Positions 1-11,993 of a stretch of 64,000 nucleotides of DNA are shown one piece after another (within the stretch, counting starts at the first letter, position 1; the number at the start of each line of letters is the position of its first letter). Source of the DNA: Macrostomum lignano (lineage: Eukaryota); contig NIVC01003876.1 of assembly GCA_002269645.1 (NCBI GenBank), forward strand, positions 1 through 64,000, written 5' to 3'. The translations under genes were made by a program, and so were the position numbers. The notes below the pieces were generated by a model. The model did no database searches, was not told the origin of the DNA, and saw nothing but the letters and a program-made list of their open reading frames with translations.

Positions 1-181
1 TTTTTCGCTATAAGAACGGCAATTCAATAGTCAGTTTGAGTTCGTTTCGAATGATTCGTAGCAACGAATCGAACAGCAGCGATGACAGAAAGTGCCTTGC
101 TAACCCAGCGTGCCTATTTTCAACTCGGTTTGAGAAAACCTGGCCAGCCAGCTTACTCTTGCCGAAATTATTATCTTTAAG

Positions 182-822
182 GCCAAGACTGCTTCGTTGA
201 CTGTACCTTCATGGATCAGTAAGTGGTCTGCTCAACCGACAACTGTGGCTCCAGTAAATTTTTCAAACGAATCGGTTCGTTCTTTAACAACTAGAACTAA
301 TAAAAACATGCGGGAAAAATTAGCAACAAGAACAACAGCTGAGGCAGGAGCAACAAATACGCCTCCGACAGCAATAGAAGCGAGAACAACGAAGACGCCA
401 AGATCGACAGTAGAACCAAGAACGACAGAGACACCAACAACAACCGAAACAAGAACAACAAAGACACACAAAACAGCTAAAACAAGAACAACAAGGACTC
501 CAACAACAACCGAAATCAGAGCAACAAAGACACCACCACGATCGACAACAGTAGAAACAAGAACAGAAACACTATCGACAGCCGAAGCAAAAACTGCAGC
601 AAAGACAACAGCGAATACAACAAAAGGTAAGTACTAATAAAAATGCTTGATCATTTAGTAAACCGATGCATTAATTTGTAAGTTCCTATGCCAGCTCCAT
701 GTAAAAAAACACTTTCAGAATCACCCGAACCTCCAAATAATTCGGCGACTAAATCGGGACCATTCGAGTGTGTGCTAGTACTTCTGGCCGCTTTCCTGCT
801 GATGCCTATGGTTATTATTTAG
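182..822 (+). CDS. 3' part of a Thr-rich mucin-like protein with a GPI-anchor-type C-terminus (5' exons upstream of window or not resolved)
   Basis: Exon ~182-626 (acceptor tttaag|; Thr/Arg/Pro-rich: TTETRTTKT...) ends at a phase-1 donor AAAG|gtaagt. Exon 719-822 (ttttcag|) gives ESPEPPNNSATKSGPFECVLVLLAAFLLMPMVII-stop, i.e. small residues followed by a terminal hydrophobic tail. AATAAA at 882-887. The 182 acceptor is a best guess. Confidence 0.7.
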
Positions 823-1538
823 AACGCTATAAGTTTTTGTTTGTTCTCGGTCACGGCGTACCTGATGTTTCGAACTTATTAAATAAAACAAGCTGTTTTC
901 CCCAACTGCTTTGTTCTGAAAAGTAAAAGTAGAGTACTGACTGCATTAAAACAATATCCAGCAGTAGTTATAACTTCAACAAGCGCAGGTCACTGTGAAA
1001 CCCAAATACGCTCTTTTATTTTAGGCATAAACATATAAATTTCAAGCTCCAATTAAGATTTCTATGAACGCTCTCCGCAAATCAAACAGTCAAATCAATA
1101 CTAAAAGCTAAAAAATACGATTGGCGTTTTAACGGATCAGTGAAAAAAATTAATTGGATTTTTCTAAGTTTAACTTATAGCTGTTTGTGATTTACGCACT
1201 AAGCTAGTAAAAAACAATCTAAAGTGTACAATTTTTTTAAAATTGGGAGAACTTGCGTTGAAGAAACTTTTAAAGAACCCCAAAATCGCAGGCACGCGTG
1301 AATGTCCGGAAAGTTCTGACAATTTTTTACACCACGTTTTTCACATTTTAAAATGAAACAAAATAAATTTAATGTGATCACACAGTTTCTACTTGTACAC
1401 TGTTTCGTCGCTTTGTACACTAGTCATGTGGGTTAAACAGCCCATACTTACCATGCACCGCATTACCACTTATTAACTCGCAATTACATGCAACTCTCAA
1501 TTATAGTCCAATTCCAAGCAGTTAGAATCGCTATTGAA

Positions 1539-3367
1539 CTAAATAGGAGCCGCGATACCGCGGAATTGCTGCTTAGCCGCGGCGGCGGAGCCCATCTCAA
1601 AGGTCACGAGCACGGCTCGCACCTTGAACGGCTCTCCGGCAGCTTGGGCAGCTGCGTTGGCAGCCGCTGGCAGCAATAGTAGATCCTCAGGCCCATCGGC
1701 AGACTGCGGGCCATCATCGCTCGGTCGAGAAGACGAGTCCATTTCAACTCGGACAGGCGGCAGAGAGCGGTCCCTGGGCAGCAGGAACACTGCCGCCCGG
1801 TAGCCGCAACGCGATTCGCTCGGCCAGGCGCGCCGCATCGCCTCGGACAGTCCGGCCGGGGACACAGGCGGCTCGGACTCCGGCCAAGGATGCAGCAGCA
1901 AGCAAATTGGACGGCCAATATTTTCGGCCATGCTGATGGCGTTTACTACGGCATTTATGCCGGTCTTGCTTGCGCCGTGCTTGATTAGATCTAATTCGCG
2001 ACAGCTCAGGTTGCTGCCGGAGCTAACTAAGCAGCGGTTGTCGGCCAGGCAACCAAATATGCTCACCATGGCCAGAAGCTCGTCGATCTAATGAGAGCGG
2101 AGCAGCAGAGCGCCACGTTTTCTACTTCAAAAGTTAAAGCAAGAAGAGCCACAGGTGGTGATATTGCGCCCCTAGTGCTGTACGAGCTATAGCGCTCAAT
2201 GCATATGGGCTGAAGTATGTAAGAATAGTCTAAGCCTTTAAGGAAAATATTCAGAATCTGGAGTGAGATTAGTATAAGAAATCTGTAGGAGAGTGAGATT
2301 AAGAATTTGGGAAAGATGTTTGAGAATCCAGGAGTGAGACCAGGACTATAAGAGTCAGATTGAGAATCCGTGAGTGAGACCAGGACAAGAGTCAGATTGA
2401 GAATCCAGAAGTGAGATCAGGACTCTGAGAGTCAGATTTAGAATCCAGGAGTGAGTCCAGGACTCTAAGAGTCAGATTAAATATCCAGGAGTGAGACCAG
2501 GACTCTACGAGCGTAAAAGAGGCAGATTGAGAATCCAGGAGTGAGATTAGGACTCTGAGAGTCATATTGAGAATCCAGGAGTGAGATTAGGACTCAGAGT
2601 CAGATTGAGAATCCAGGAGTGAGATTAGGACTCAGAGTCAGATTGAGAATCCAGGAGTGAGACGAGGACTCTAAGAGTCAGATTGAAAATCCAGGAGTGA
2701 GAACAGGACTCTACGAGCGTAAAAGAGTCAGATTGAGAATCAAGGAGTGAGATTAGGACTCTGAGAGTCATATTGAGAATGCAGAAGTGAGTCCAGGACT
2801 CTAAGAGTCAGATTAAGAATCCGGAGATTGACAATCCGGCAAGCGAGATTGACAATCCGGCTAGTGAGATTGACAATCCGGCTAATGAGATTCATAATCC
2901 GGCAAGTGAGATTGACAATCCGGCAAGTGAGATTGAGAATCCGGAAAGTGAGATTGACAATCCGGCAAGTGAGATTGACAATCCGGCTAATGAGATTGAT
3001 AATCCGGCAAGTGAGATTGACAATCCGGCAAGTGAGATTGAGAATCCGGAAAGTAAGATTGACAATCCGGCAAGTGAGATTGACAATCCGCAAGTGAGAT
3101 TGAGAACTCGGGATCGAGTGAGATGAATAATTAGACTCCCTGCAGAGAAACGCTTGAAAAAATGAAGACAATGGAACTTCTCCTAACCTGCGAGCCATTC
3201 AGCGAGCTCTTCGAGAACTCCCCTTGGATGAGGCACCCATGGCTCAGCTTCAGCGGCAGCAGGCCGCACTCTTGCACGGCTGTCTGCAGCCAGTCCAGCG
3301 AATGGGCCGACTGTAGCGGCACTTGAACTTGAAGGCTCGACCAAAGCGTTTCGGTTGATTGTCGCAT
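1539..3367 (-). CDS. Two-exon hypothetical protein, ~242 aa, no family recognised
   Basis: Exon 3367-3188 (MRQSTETLW...LNGSQ, donor CAG|gttagg) splices in phase 0 to exon 2087-1539 (ctctcattag|IDELLAMVSIF...GIAAPI-stop). Both exons are GC-rich relative to their flanks. Confidence 0.65.
2255..3125. repeat. Compound minisatellite (~34-40-bp GAGTCAGATTGAGAATCCAGGAGTGAGA-type unit grading into a 21-bp GAGATTGACAATCCGGCAAGT unit)
   Basis: Tandem units visible directly; fills the intron of the 1539-3367 gene and explains ORFs 2740-3198, 2828-3097 and 2892-3086. Confidence 0.9.
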
Positions 3368-5576
3368 CGTGTTTCGTTCAGTTTCAATTTTCTTATTTCT
3401 ATGTTGCGAAATTGTCAATAAACAAGACGAGAAACGCGTCGCTCTCTTTAAGTTGATTCTGGCTGGCAAAGACGGGGACAGGTCACAGTTGGTTTTGTAA
3501 CCCTAAGCCTGCCTATTCGAGGTCTTATCTATGCGAGGGGGTGGTGGGCGCGCGCGAAGGGATAGAGGGGTAAAAGTTAGTACGCTAATTATACTGCAGC
3601 GATAAGGCTAATGTACATTGCAGCGCTAGATTGGATGAACACACTTGGATTGGCGGCGGGGAGGGGGGTTAAGAGAATGAAGTTGACTTGGCCGTTGAAA
3701 TGGAGACGTTTAAGCTGTAAAGCCCTGTTCTGTCTGCCGTTTTTGTCGCACTTTAATAAACTAAACCAGTCTTTTTTATGCTTTGCTTATTTTGCGTATT
3801 GCGTGTTTACATTGCATTTTTCGTTCTCTGGATTGCACGAACCTCGGTCGGAACGGTGTGTTTCTTGTGACATTTTCGTTTGCCTGCAGACAGACAGCTG
3901 CAGCAGTGTAAAAGCAAAGGCTATATAAAAAATGCAGCAATGAAGATGCGAATAAATGCGTTCGTTATTTCTTATTTGTTTAGCTCTTGCGGATTAACTT
4001 GTTCAAATATAGCAGCATTTTTCACTTGGTCAGATGAAATGGGTAATTTGTTTTAAATACAATAAAACTGCGATAATTGATAAGTAAGACGCCCACGGCC
4101 AGAAAAGTCCCGCTAAAAAACCAGTTCAAACTAGTTTCAAACCAGATTCGCAATCTTTTTCTTTGCAAACAAACATGTTTTACTTTTTTTATTAGCCCTG
4201 ACACAAGTCAGAGCAGCAACCATATAACCAGTGACTTCAGATAAGGCTAGAGGCAAAAAATGGATTAGCTAATCCGTTATATAGCGTACGTAAGGCAGTA
4301 AATATGACTATCTTATGTAGCATGCAACCTTACAAAAGGGTTTTCGAATTTAAATAAGAAATAGATCGCTCTTAAAGCGTATTTTCATATCAGCCAGTGT
4401 TGATTAATCGCAGTCCATTTCATTTCAATCTTACGTGTTTGTGAAGTATCCAGAAATGTTGGGCTAGTTTTAAGAATTCCGTAAATAAAGCCGAATTTTT
4501 CTACTGGCAGTAGTCTCATTTAAACAGTCGAGAAATATGTAGAAAATGCACGCAAATTAGCAGGTACTTTTTTTACAATTTGCGTTTAATTAAACCTTCG
4601 TTTTTTTAAACGCAATATTCTGTTGACAGATAAGTGTACAGATAAGCATTCGGTGTTTGTACACTGCTGTAAATGCAATTTTCCGTATTACGTACGCTAC
4701 GGGCAGTTAGGAGTACCTCTTAATAAGGAAAATGCAAAAAGAAGTTCAAATGTACTCACCCTGCTCACCCAGACAGCCATACAAGGCTAATTTTTTTTGG
4801 TAGAGTTCTCAACTTTTAGGCAACAGGGAAGGAATCGGTCATGCAAAAATTCCCTTTTTCGCCTACGCAATGTAACTATGCTGTCAAAGAAGCAAACCAC
4901 AGAAGCTGCTTATAATTTTAACAGAATTAAAACAACGATAGACATGAAAAAGACAATCAATTTAGCATAATCAAGTTTATATTTTGTACAGAAAATTTTA
5001 CAACTGATCTTGAAAATTTTAATAAAAATTTTAAATTAAATTAGATAAAGTTAAGCTAAAATTTAATCAGTTAACAACGCACCACAATAGCATTGTCGAT
5101 GATGAATTAACACTCGCTTGTCAAGAATAAACAATAGTAAAAGATTAAAAACTCCACGTGAACCTACTGGAATATTGAAATAAAATATTGTCAAACACAC
5201 GCAAGACAAAAAGCTGCACATGACAATTCCGTCAGATATAATGGAGTCATATAATAGAATCAAAATGATCAATTAGTATTTATTAGCTGATTATAATGTA
5301 TCAATGTATAGGACAGGAATGGTAAAAAAAGCACCTTACTTACGCTTTAACACGATTCAAAAGTTATTTTTGACTTAGTCGCACATTATAAAAATCGTCG
5401 AAACAGATGCCAAAAAACTGCTTGTTAAATGTTATAGTTAAAAAAAATATTAAATATAAAAAAAATTGAAGAATATTTACACTAAAACGACATGTTCCAC
5501 TGTTTCAATATCGAGTATAGGCTTAAATAAGTTAGGATAAAATCTTAGAAAGTCCCGCGTCAGTTGCTTAAAACAA

Positions 5577-8500
5577 TCAGTCCGTAGTGACACCAATGTA
5601 ACCATCTTGTTCACGCCTGACGGTGCAGCACAGTGATACAGCAAATATCATGCACAGCAGCTGCAATTAATACGTAAGCAGTCAGTTAACCCGATAAGTT
5701 CCATGGTCTAATTGCTATTATTTAATAATTCACGCATAAATTAGTCATAAACCACTTACCTCAATAACGGCAACGCCCAGAATCACTATCAGAGCCCATA
5801 GTCCATTTACCTCAATAAAGTTATACAATTTAGACGCACAGCCCTGCAGAATAAGAGAAAAGTTTGCGCTTATTTTTGTTAAACATACATACCCGGTCAT
5901 TCGGTACGCGAAAATGACATTTTGTTTAGTGGCCTAGCGCGGCGCTCTGATGTGCCAGCGGCCCAGGCTCGATTCCAAGTGCAGGGCCAACTCTCAAGAC
6001 CCAGTGAAGTGTACATGCCTAACGATAAATAAAGTTAGGGCCGCTGTACACTCCTGTGTGAGTGTGTGCCTGTGAGTATGACTGCGTGCGTATCCGCGCG
6101 CTTGTGTGCCTGCTCAGGGGAGTCGGTGGAATGGGCAGTAATGCCCCTCGCCGGTTGTGTGACAATGTCGCTTAAAGTGCTCCAGGGTGCACACAGCCCC
6201 CTGCCTGTAATAACTAAAAACCCATGGAAATGGATGCTTCTGAAACATCACTAACCCACGGAAATGGATGCTTCTGAAACATCACTAACCCATGGAAATG
6301 GACGCTTCTGAAACATCACTAACCCATGGAAATGGACGCTTCTGAAACATCACTAACCCATGGAAATGGACGCTTCTGAAACATCACTAACCCATGGAAA
6401 TGGATGCTTCTGAAACATCATTAACCCATGGAAATGGATGCTTCTGAAACATCATGACTAACCCATGGAAATGGATGCGTCTAAAACAACACTAACCCAT
6501 GTACATAATTAACCGCTAAAATGACATTTTTGAAAGCAACAATTAAAAAACCTGTCAAATCTGTCACTGTTTAAGTACTCGTAACTATAAGCCGGTAGTC
6601 ACGCACCTCAGTAAACTGTTCTCCATCGGGGGCAGTGCAAACAGCCTTAGCCATGTCTTTGCTGTAGTCATCTGTGCCATTGGCTCCACAGCAGCGCAGC
6701 CACTGCTGAGTGAATCGAATGTACTCGGGCAAAGTGGTCTCGTTTTTGTTCCGAATACCGTTCTTCAAGCTGTTGTTGATTGTAGAGTAGACCTGCAGGT
6801 AACGCGTGGAGTTGTGATTCTTTGCATTGGTTAGTTAAATAATCTCTCTGGTTATTCAGTGAGAGTTGCTACCCTCTCAGATGATTCAGTGAGAGTTCCT
6901 ACCCTCTCAGATGATTCAGTGAGAGTTGCTACCCTCTCAGATGATTCTGTGAGATTTGCTACCCTCTCAGATGATTCAGTGAGAGTTGCTACCCTCAATG
7001 ATCATTTAGAGAAAGATGCTACCCTCTCAGATCATTCAAGAAGAGTTGCTACCCTCTCAGAGCATTCAAGAAGAGTTGCTATCCTGTCATATCATTCAGA
7101 GAGAGTTGCTAACCTCTCAGGCGATTCAGTGAGCGTTGTTTTTCTGCTTCCGAATTAATATTTTTAAATAAGTTACACTAGAAAACGACAGTAGCAACTA
7201 TGCTTAAATTTTATAACAGTAATGAGTAGATAATAATTATAAAAGCAATGGGCTCAAGAATAGAATATTATAACAAAATAAAAACTGCTCACAGTTGGAT
7301 CGGTGCGCTTCAAATACAGGAAGATTCCACCGCCAATTTCTACAATGCAGACCAGAATGACAAAGGTGCAGAATGCACCCAATAGACAGGTAGATTCATG
7401 AAATGCGCCACAGCAGCCAAACCCAGCAGCCAAAGCTGTGATAGCACCAATCGCCATAGCAACAAACAGGGCAATGTCCATTTCAATTTGCAAGCCAGTG
7501 CTAGCTTTGATGTTGCGCATGGTTGTGTCAAAGTAGAGAAAAAGTGATCCAGCAAGGATGGCCAGTCCAATTAACTAAATGAAAGAAGGAAATGCAAAAA
7601 GTGTTAAATCCACTACCATGTTATGCATTTGAAAATGCAGAAAAAATGCTTTGTATTTTTAATTACAAAGCATATTGATAAAACTAGAAAAGATTTTTAT
7701 TAGAAAAGAAGAAAAAATTATCTCTTTTTGCTTTTTTTCAAATTCTTTTTCTGATTTATCTTTTGGCTAGCAACATTTAATGTATGTTTAAAAATTTTAA
7801 TATTTAAAAGAGTTTTTTTAGTTTTGTGTCAACTATAAAAGTAGAAACCATTTTTATAAAACTCACTTGCAAAGTTAAATGACCTTTTCAAGAGACATTT
7901 TTATAGACATTTTAGGAAATTATTACCTATTTTAGAATACATTAGCATGCATTTAGCTAAGACAAGGTTTCTATTCTGGCAAGTACTATTAGACAATCTG
8001 GACCCTAGCATAAAAATAGATTTGTGACTCTAATTTCTAGCATTGAAGAGTATATTGACTATACAATTTATATCAAATGAGATATTTATGTAGATAGTAT
8101 AAAATATATGCAGATATGCAGATATGAGATAGATAATATTTTAAATATGATAATGCTACAGATAATCAGTTGAATAAAATGTCAAGCCTAAGACTAATAT
8201 CCTAATGCTATACACAATTTAACTTTATTAGCTAGGCTTAAAAATGTATACTTAAGCCTAGGTTGCTTTTATGCTATAATTTACTATTATACAAAAAATA
8301 TATCCATCCATACATACTAAACTCTTGATAGTATATATATGGACCAAAAAATTCTAGTATACAGAGGGACCTACAATACATCATTGGCATACAACTTGGC
8401 ATACAGAGATCACTAAGATAGGCCTAGCAGGTTAGGTAGGACCAAGTTCTGGGTTTTAACTATAGAGATGCTAATTCTGGTTAACCAGTTAATTAAAAAA

Positions 8501-11500
8501 CCAGTTAACAGGTTTTCAAAAACTGTTTTTTTCTAGTCCAGTTCTGGTCTCGTTTTTTGCTTCTTTTTATATCTTTGTATCATTTTATCATATGCCATAA
8601 TTAATACAAACTATTTTTACGCAATATTTATATCTATTCAACTGTAATTTACAAATTACGAATCATGAATCATGATTTGTAGATGAAATATGTATTATGA
8701 AAAGGAATATGGCCTAATCTAATAATCATATTGATCAAATAAACAAAGCAATATGCAATATGATTTTAATATCAAATTATCAACTTTATTACCTATTTTT
8801 TGTCATTAATAAATATGATTTTGTTGTGTAGTTAGATTTTGATTTGATACTTGAACTGACTGTGAACTATTAAGTCATGTTGTGTTTGTAAAAAAATATA
8901 ATTTTTTTTTAATTTTTTAGCAAATACATTATAATATTATTTACATAGCTTTTAAACAGTTAGTTTCTATTGATAATGAGATAATGAGATCAGTCAAGAA
9001 AGCAATACATATGTATTAATGCACTGATTTACTTTTTCCAACTATTATTCCACTTTATCTATTTGCACAGGAAAAACTGCCAACCTTAACAAAATTTCCA
9101 ATTAAAAATGAATAATAAATTGAATGCACCCTTCATTTGGTGATAGACAAATATATTAAAGAAAGAAGATATGATACAAAATCAATTTCAAGCATATTTT
9201 TATGGTGCAAGCATGCTAAATGACCTTTTATGAGTGGTCTAGCAGCGAAAATTGGTAATCTGGTTTTGAAACCAGTTTTGGCCAAAAAACAGGTTTTAAA
9301 ACCAGTTAACCAATTCCACAAAATTGACAGCTTTTGGCATCTCCTAGTTCCCACCAATGATATGGTGAAATCCAAAAATCGGGGGCAAGTTTTATGAAAA
9401 TTCGTTTTTTGGCAATTTGAAAGCAACAAAGCTATAAAATAAATTTATTCAAGTTTTTAAAAGGTAAAAAAGTCTATTAAAGCACAAATTATTTTTGTAT
9501 AGCTTTATTTTTAATAAAATGATTTGTTAAAACGGTAAGTTTAATTACGACCTAAAATGAGTCTAATAAAAATGATAGAAAAGCTATAATAATGTATTTT
9601 AATAACTTTAACTATCTTATAATGTTACACTCTATAATTCTACAACATATTTAACATTATTTTCAAGGGTTTATTTGTTTATCACTTTCGTTACTCTTGA
9701 CAACGTGTATTTTGTAGAGTTCGTTTGCAATAAATTGTGTTCAACGTAAGTTTATTATTTAAACATACAAATTCCCGTAAGGATCGGAAAATTGCATTTT
9801 ACTCAGCTTCTACTAAAGCGATTTGGAAAATTCTTTTTTTCCTGCATACACGCCGCGATGATACATGTTTTAGTGTAATTTCATTGTTCCTCGTCGCTTA
9901 ATGAGCATACAGTAAGCATCTGATTTGGAAGCCGGGTAACACATTAGAATTCCCATAAGGATTGGAAAATTGCATTTTACTCAGCTTCTACTAAAGCGAT
10001 TTGTAAAATTCTTTTTTTCCTGCATACACGCCATGATGATACATGTTTTAGTGTAATTTCGTTGTTCTTCGTCGCTTAATGAGCATACAGTAAGCATCTG
10101 ATTTGGAAGCCGGGTAACACATTGGAATTCCCATAAGGATTGGAAAATTGCATTTTACTCAGCTTCTACTAAAGCGATTTGTAAAATTCTTTTTTTTCCT
10201 GCATACACGCCGCGATGATACACATTTAAGTGAAGTTTCACGATACCTGGTTGCTTAATAAGCTTACAGTAAGCGCTTACTTTGGAAGCCGGGTAACACA
10301 TTAGAATTCCCATAAGGATTGGAAAATCGCGTTTTTCTCAGCTTCTACAATACCTATCAAGAAAATTCTTTTTTTCCTGCATGTATGCTGCGATGATGCA
10401 TATTTAAGTGTAAGTTTATGATATTTCATTGCTTACTTCGTCTACAGGATGCATTTGATTTGATTTCCGGATTTAAATTTTGTGGTCCAAAATTTTTCAC
10501 TGAAATTTTTAAAGCCTGAATATGGCCTATTCTGAACAATACCATGATACAAGTCAATACTTAAATCAAAGAAGACATCTTAAAGATTATTTTGCAACAA
10601 GAAATAAGTGGTATACTTACTTCGGGAGAAAAAGGTTTGCTGGCAAAGTTTGCGCTTTGAGTTAGTATCGAGTTTTTGAGAGTTTAGGTGGTTTTAGAAA
10701 AAGTTCAAAATCTTTTGAACTGCTTGTTCTTTTTAAAAAAAATAAAAAGTAAAACACAGAATTCTTTCTCCTTTGTAAGCAAAAGAAAAAATTAGCCCTT
10801 TTTGAGACTAAAAAGTCTTATAATTAATTGTTTATTTGCAAAAAAAGTGAAAAAAAATAATCGCGAGGGTGTCAATACGCACTTTAAAAATGCTTTTTTA
10901 GTGGTTTTGCTCGTTTATTCAGCAATGCAGTGGTATAAAAATGAAAGTTTGTGTCCTGAACTTTTTTTTAAAGACTTACCTGTCCTTTAAAATGCTTTTT
11001 TGGATACATTACCTTCCATTCAAAGTCCGCAGATTTGTTTTACCGCTTTATCCCACGTTTTTGGATTTCGCCATATATGCACAGTTAGCATACAAAAAAT
11101 GACTAAGTTCAAGTTTTGTATAGTCTCCATATGCATAGTTGGAATAGCAAAAAATTTGATCAAGAATATCTCCTAACTTAGAATCTAAGTCTTAAAAATT
11201 ATGTTATAATAAACTTGTATTTTTAGGGTTCAATAAAATTTTAACAAGTATTTATAGCTATTTTAGTAAAAATTCAAAAATCAAAAGCCTAAAATATATT
11301 TTGATATTTTTTGTTTCATTATAGTATATACTATAGGCCTATAGCTATATTTTTTATAGGCATAGGCCTACAATATAAATTCATTGGTATACATTTACGT
11401 ATATTAGCTAGGAAAGCAAATTTCATTCTGGCATATACCAATACACAATCCTAAAACTGGTTTATACAATACAGGCCTAACAAATTAACAATTAGGCAAT

Positions 11501-11993
11501 ATATTCTTAATAGTAAAATTGGATTAGACTTGAATAAACATAGACCTAGGTCCTAGGCATTGTGGACCCCTATGGCTATCAGGCTATGTCATATGTGGTG
11601 TGGCTAGATTAAATAAAAGATATAACTATAAGAAAAGTACATATTAGATATTATCCTCAATCAACTATGCCCTAGGCCTAGCCCATATGATAGTTTAGGC
11701 CTGCATTATAACATTATAATTATTCAATACAATAGAATAGGCCTAGGCCTATTATTGTCAAAAGCTAGATTTTTGGTCATACATAGGCCTATTATACACT
11801 TCTAAATATGAAATTTAATAGCCTAGAATAGCGTTTTATGAAATTCAAATTTACAAGGACAGATAATAAATAAGTTTTAATGGCCAACAGACAAGGCAAC
11901 ATTAACAGAATCTTACCACTTACCACTTACCAGAAATAGTACATTAATAACAATAAGCACAACACGTAAGCATTGAGTGCACCCTTTAGCCAT
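5577..11993 (-). CDS. Tetraspanin, complete, 5 exons, 232 aa
   Basis: Exons 11993-11931 (MAKGCTQCLRVVLIVINVLFL), 7574-7293 (LIGLAILAG...GFGCCGAFHESTCLL...DPT), 6792-6607 (…QQWLRCCGANG…AVC…), 5843-5760 (GCASKLY…VAVIE) and 5660-5577 (LQLLCMIFAVSLCC…TD-stop). All introns are GT-AG and phase 0. Four TM segments, GCCGA after TM2 and the CCG motif in EC2 are present. Confidence 0.93.
5924..6215 (+). mobile_element. Putative tRNA-derived SINE
   Basis: A-box-like TGGCCTAGCGCGG at 5930-5942 and B-box-like GGCTCGATTCC at 5966-5976 with tRNA-like spacing. GC-rich body in an AT-rich intron. The 3' CTTAAAGTGCTCCAGGG resembles LINE-derived SINE tails. Confidence 0.6.
6215..6500. repeat. 34-bp minisatellite, ~8 copies (CTAACCCATGGAAATGGACGCTTCTGAAACATCA)
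   Basis: Direct tandem units with no spacers. Confidence 0.93.
6861..7135. repeat. 30-bp minisatellite, ~9 copies (GAGAGTTGCTACCCTCTCAGATGATTCAGT)
   Basis: Tandem units decaying rightwards; explains ORF 6859-7158. Confidence 0.92.
9771..10470. repeat. 178-179-bp satellite-like tandem repeat, ~4 copies, in tetraspanin intron 1
   Basis: The anchor ATTCCC(A/G)TAAGGAT(T/C)GGAAAAT recurs at 9771, 9949, 10127 and 10306. Confidence 0.9.

Noticed and set aside
1488-1679. Plus-strand ORF with the ankyrin-like phrase TAELLLSRGG
   Set aside because: It is short, antisense to a well-phased exon, and has no second repeat or splice support.
5924-5990. Intact tRNA gene
   Set aside because: A/B boxes are present but I cannot fold a convincing cloverleaf and the B box is degenerate, so I treated it as a SINE head.
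6215-7135. 34-bp and 30-bp repeats of CRISPR-like length
   Set aside because: The units are contiguous with no unique spacers, there are no cas genes, and the context is a eukaryotic intron. The same applies to 36511-36810.
8461-9345. Possible MITE with GGTTAAC/ACCAGTT-rich inverted ends
   Set aside because: The inverted match is short and imperfect, and I found no TSD.
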